This document shows positions 61,859-64,000 of a stretch of 64,000 nucleotides of DNA, piece after piece; within the stretch, counting starts at the first letter, position 1, and each line of letters opens with the position of its first letter. The DNA comes from Comamonadaceae bacterium (GTDB lineage Bacteria; Pseudomonadota; Gammaproteobacteria; Burkholderiales; Burkholderiaceae_C). The stretch is taken from NCBI GenBank assembly GCA_947455145.1, contig CANGME010000011.1:60182-124181 (forward strand), read 5' to 3'. The notes beneath the pieces were generated by a model. The model was not told the DNA's origin. It worked only from the letters and a program-made list of their open reading frames with translations, and searched no databases. The position numbers and the translations under genes were made by a program.

Positions 61859-64000
61859 TTAGGCTAGGGCTTGTTTTACCCGGTCCGGCGTGAAGGGCAA
61901 GTCGCGCAAGCGCCGCCCGGTGGCGTTGGCAAAGGCGTTGGCAATGGCACCCACCGTCGGGCCTTGCGATCCCTCACCCACACCCAGAGACCGCTCATCG
62001 GGCCGGTTGATCAGCTCGACTTGCAGGGCAGGCACTTCGGGGAAACGCATGATGCGGTAGTCGGGCCAATTGCGGCTGATGAGGTGGCGGCTGTCGTGCT
62101 GGGCGGTCTCAAACAGGCTCCAGCTGGCAGACTGCACAATGCCACCCTCGATCTGGTTGCGCACACCGTCGGGGTTGACGACCAGGCCCACGTCTACGGC
62201 AGACCAGGCTTTCTCTAACGTGATGACGCCAGAGCGGGTGTCCACCGCGATGTCGATGACCATGGCCACGTAAGAAGCCAAGTTTTTGTACTTCGAGAAG
62301 GAGACCCCCCGACCTTTCAAAACACCCGTTTTCACGGGCGATTTGGCATTGCGCGTATCAGGGGCGGGCGCGGCCTTCCAGTTGGCCATGGTCGCCACGC
62401 GCTCCATGACGGCGCGGCCACGCGGGTCGTTCATGTGGGTGAGGCGGAAGGCCAAGGGGTCAGCGCCAGCCGCACCGGCCATCTCGTCCATGAAGGACTC
62501 CAGCGCGAAGGTGTTGGCATAGGCCCCTAGCGTGCGTAGGGCTGAGGTGCGGATGGGCGAATCCAGCAGCAGGTGGTTGATGGTCTTGTGCTGGCCGAAA
62601 TTGTAGAGTGGCACAGCATTGCGGTCACTGCCGCCCGCAGGCTGGGGGATGTTGCGTGCCGGGCCGGGTTTGGCGGGCTCTTGCAGCAGCCAAGCCGCGC
62701 TCAGGTTGACGCCCTCGGGGTCATAGGGGCGGGTGCTGTGGGTGTAGCTCCACAGCTCGTGCTGCCAGTCCACCACCTTGCCTGCGGCGTCCAGTGCGCC
62801 GCGCATCTGCATCACCATGGCCGAGCCCAAGGGCTCAGAAGAGAACTCGTCCTCTCGCATCCACTGCAAACGCACCGGCACGCCGGGCAGGGCGCGTGCC
62901 AGCAGGGCGGCGTCTAGTGCCACGTCGTCAGCGCCGTTGTGGCCGTAGCAGCCCGAGCCCTCGCGGTGGCTGACGATGATGTTGTCTTGCGGCATGCGCA
63001 ATGCCTTGGCCATGTCGTTGCGCAGGGGGAATACGCTTTGCGAATGACACCAGACGTGGAGCTTGTTGTCGGCCTTGTTGGCGCTCCACTGCGCAACAGC
63101 GCAAGACGGGCCGATAGATGCGTGGGACTGGTAGGGGCGGGTGTATTCGGCGTTGACTTTGACGGTGGCGGTTGCCGCTACTCCGACATTTTTCTTGTCG
63201 GACACGACAGATTCTTGGCTGCGCGCTTTTTTCATGTGTTCAAAAAGTGCGGGGCCGTTGGGGGGCAGGTCACCGGGCTCGTCCCATTTGGCACTTGCGC
63301 GCAAGGCGTTGGCGGCGGCAATGGCTTGTTCTTCACGGTCTGCTGCGACGGCCAGGAAGTTTCCATCACGGTGCACAGCGCGCACACCGGCCATGCGCTG
63401 CACGGCGGCTATGTCCACCGACACCAGCTTGGCACGCGGCGCACTGGGGCGCACCACGCGGCCATGCACCATGCCGGGCAGTCGCAGGTCTTGCACGTAG
63501 GCCTCACCGCCGGTGACCTTGGCGGGGATGTCGCGCCGCTGCACGCTCTGGCCCGTCAAGCGGTGTTGGGCGCTGGGTTTGGGCGCGGTTTTGGCGGTGG
63601 CTTCGCGTTGCAGCGAGGCATCGCCTGTCACTTCCCAATACGTCGTTTTTGCCGTGCTGCCTTGGCGCGCGCTGATAGCACCGTCGGCCACTTGCAAGTC
63701 GCCTGCCGCCACACCTAATTTGGCAGCCGCAGCGGCCAGCAACAGACCGCGCGCTTCAGCGCAGGCAAAGCGCAGCGCCGTGCCGCTGTCTTGCACCGAC
63801 AAGCTGCCTGCGGTCACGCCCTCATTAGGCGTGAGTGAGGTGTCACCCGAGATAATTTGCAGGCGCTTGATATCGACATCGAGCTCGTCGGAGACGATTT
63901 GCGTCAGCGCCGTCAAAATGCCCTGGCCAAGTTCAACCTTGCCGGTGAGCATGGTCACCGTGCCATTGGCGTTGATGCGCAGCCAGCCGTCTAGGCGGCG
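61859..64000 (-). CDS. Molybdopterin-binding subunit of a xanthine dehydrogenase/aldehyde oxidase-family hydroxylase (IorB-like), N-terminus outside the window
   Basis: The track ORF starts at an internal Met. The frame stays open to the window edge (...RRLDGWLRINANGTVTMLTGKVELGQG). Typical IorB-like segments. Confidence 0.85.
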   Translation of the reverse strand, partial: RRLDGWLRINANGTVTMLTGKVELGQGILTALTQIVSDELDVDIKRLQIISGDTSLTPNEGVTAGSLSVQDSGTALRFACAEARGLLLAAAAAKLGVAAGDLQVADGAISARQGSTAKTTYWEVTGDASLQREATAKTAPKPSAQHRLTGQSVQRRDIPAKVTGGEAYVQDLRLPGMVHGRVVRPSAPRAKLVSVDIAAVQRMAGVRAVHRDGNFLAVAADREEQAIAAANALRASAKWDEPGDLPPNGPALFEHMKKARSQESVVSDKKNVGVAATATVKVNAEYTRPYQSHASIGPSCAVAQWSANKADNKLHVWCHSQSVFPLRNDMAKALRMPQDNIIVSHREGSGCYGHNGADDVALDAALLARALPGVPVRLQWMREDEFSSEPLGSAMVMQMRGALDAAGKVVDWQHELWSYTHSTRPYDPEGVNLSAAWLLQEPAKPGPARNIPQPAGGSDRNAVPLYNFGQHKTINHLLLDSPIRTSALRTLGAYANTFALESFMDEMAGAAGADPLAFRLTHMNDPRGRAVMERVATMANWKAAPAPDTRNAKSPVKTGVLKGRGVSFSKYKNLASYVAMVIDIAVDTRSGVITLEKAWSAVDVGLVVNPDGVRNQIEGGIVQSASWSLFETAQHDSRHLISRNWPDYRIMRFPEVPALQVELINRPDERSLGVGEGSQGPTVGAIANAFANATGRRLRDLPFTPDRVKQALA

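Noticed and set aside
60668-61867. 399-aa ORF antisense to the FAD monooxygenase
   Set aside because: Antisense to a gene with clear FAD-binding motifs. The composition is Gly/Ala/Val/His/Arg-rich and artefactual.

Overview
This is a high-GC chromosomal segment (about 60% by eye, not computed). It looks like a facultatively chemolithoautotrophic betaproteobacterium of the Burkholderiales/Comamonadaceae type. That placement is an inference from a red-type cbb operon, soxCDYZAXB gene order, many Bug/TctC receptors and two REP-type palindromes. The window falls into three blocks. (1) 1-10.8 kb holds a divergent cbbR plus a cbbL-S-X-Y-E-F-P-T-Z-A Calvin-cycle operon with form IC RuBisCO and the CbbX activase. 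(2) 10.9-29.1 kb is a sulfur-oxidation supercluster. It contains a CsoR-family two-Cys regulator and a DUF302 lipoprotein / FadL-type porin / small c-type cytochrome unit. It also contains a seven-gene minus-strand accessory operon: exported MBL hydrolase, Tat thioredoxin, split YeeE/YedE, secreted Cys-repeat mini-protein, His-rich unknown protein and periplasmic rhodanese. The block ends with a third YeeE/YedE, fccAB, an exported DsrE-like protein, ArsR-type soxR and soxCDYZAXB. (3) 29.2-64 kb holds organic-acid and aromatic catabolism plus housekeeping genes: six orphan Bug/TctC binding proteins, a TarD-like dehydratase, tRNA-Arg(CCT), a MoxR-VWA operon, cytochrome c4, a pcaIJ-like CoA-transferase, hydroxyquinol-pathway genes, a Liv-type ABC transporter with fused LivM-LivG, a FAD monooxygenase and a Mo-hydroxylase subunit that runs off the window. 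I saw no transposase, integrase, phage, toxin-antitoxin or CRISPR features. The best candidate for something undescribed is the 13.8-18.4 kb accessory sulfur operon, especially its secreted (N/A)PCA-repeat cysteine mini-protein. All functional calls come from reading the translated ORFs against remembered family signatures; no database search was run.
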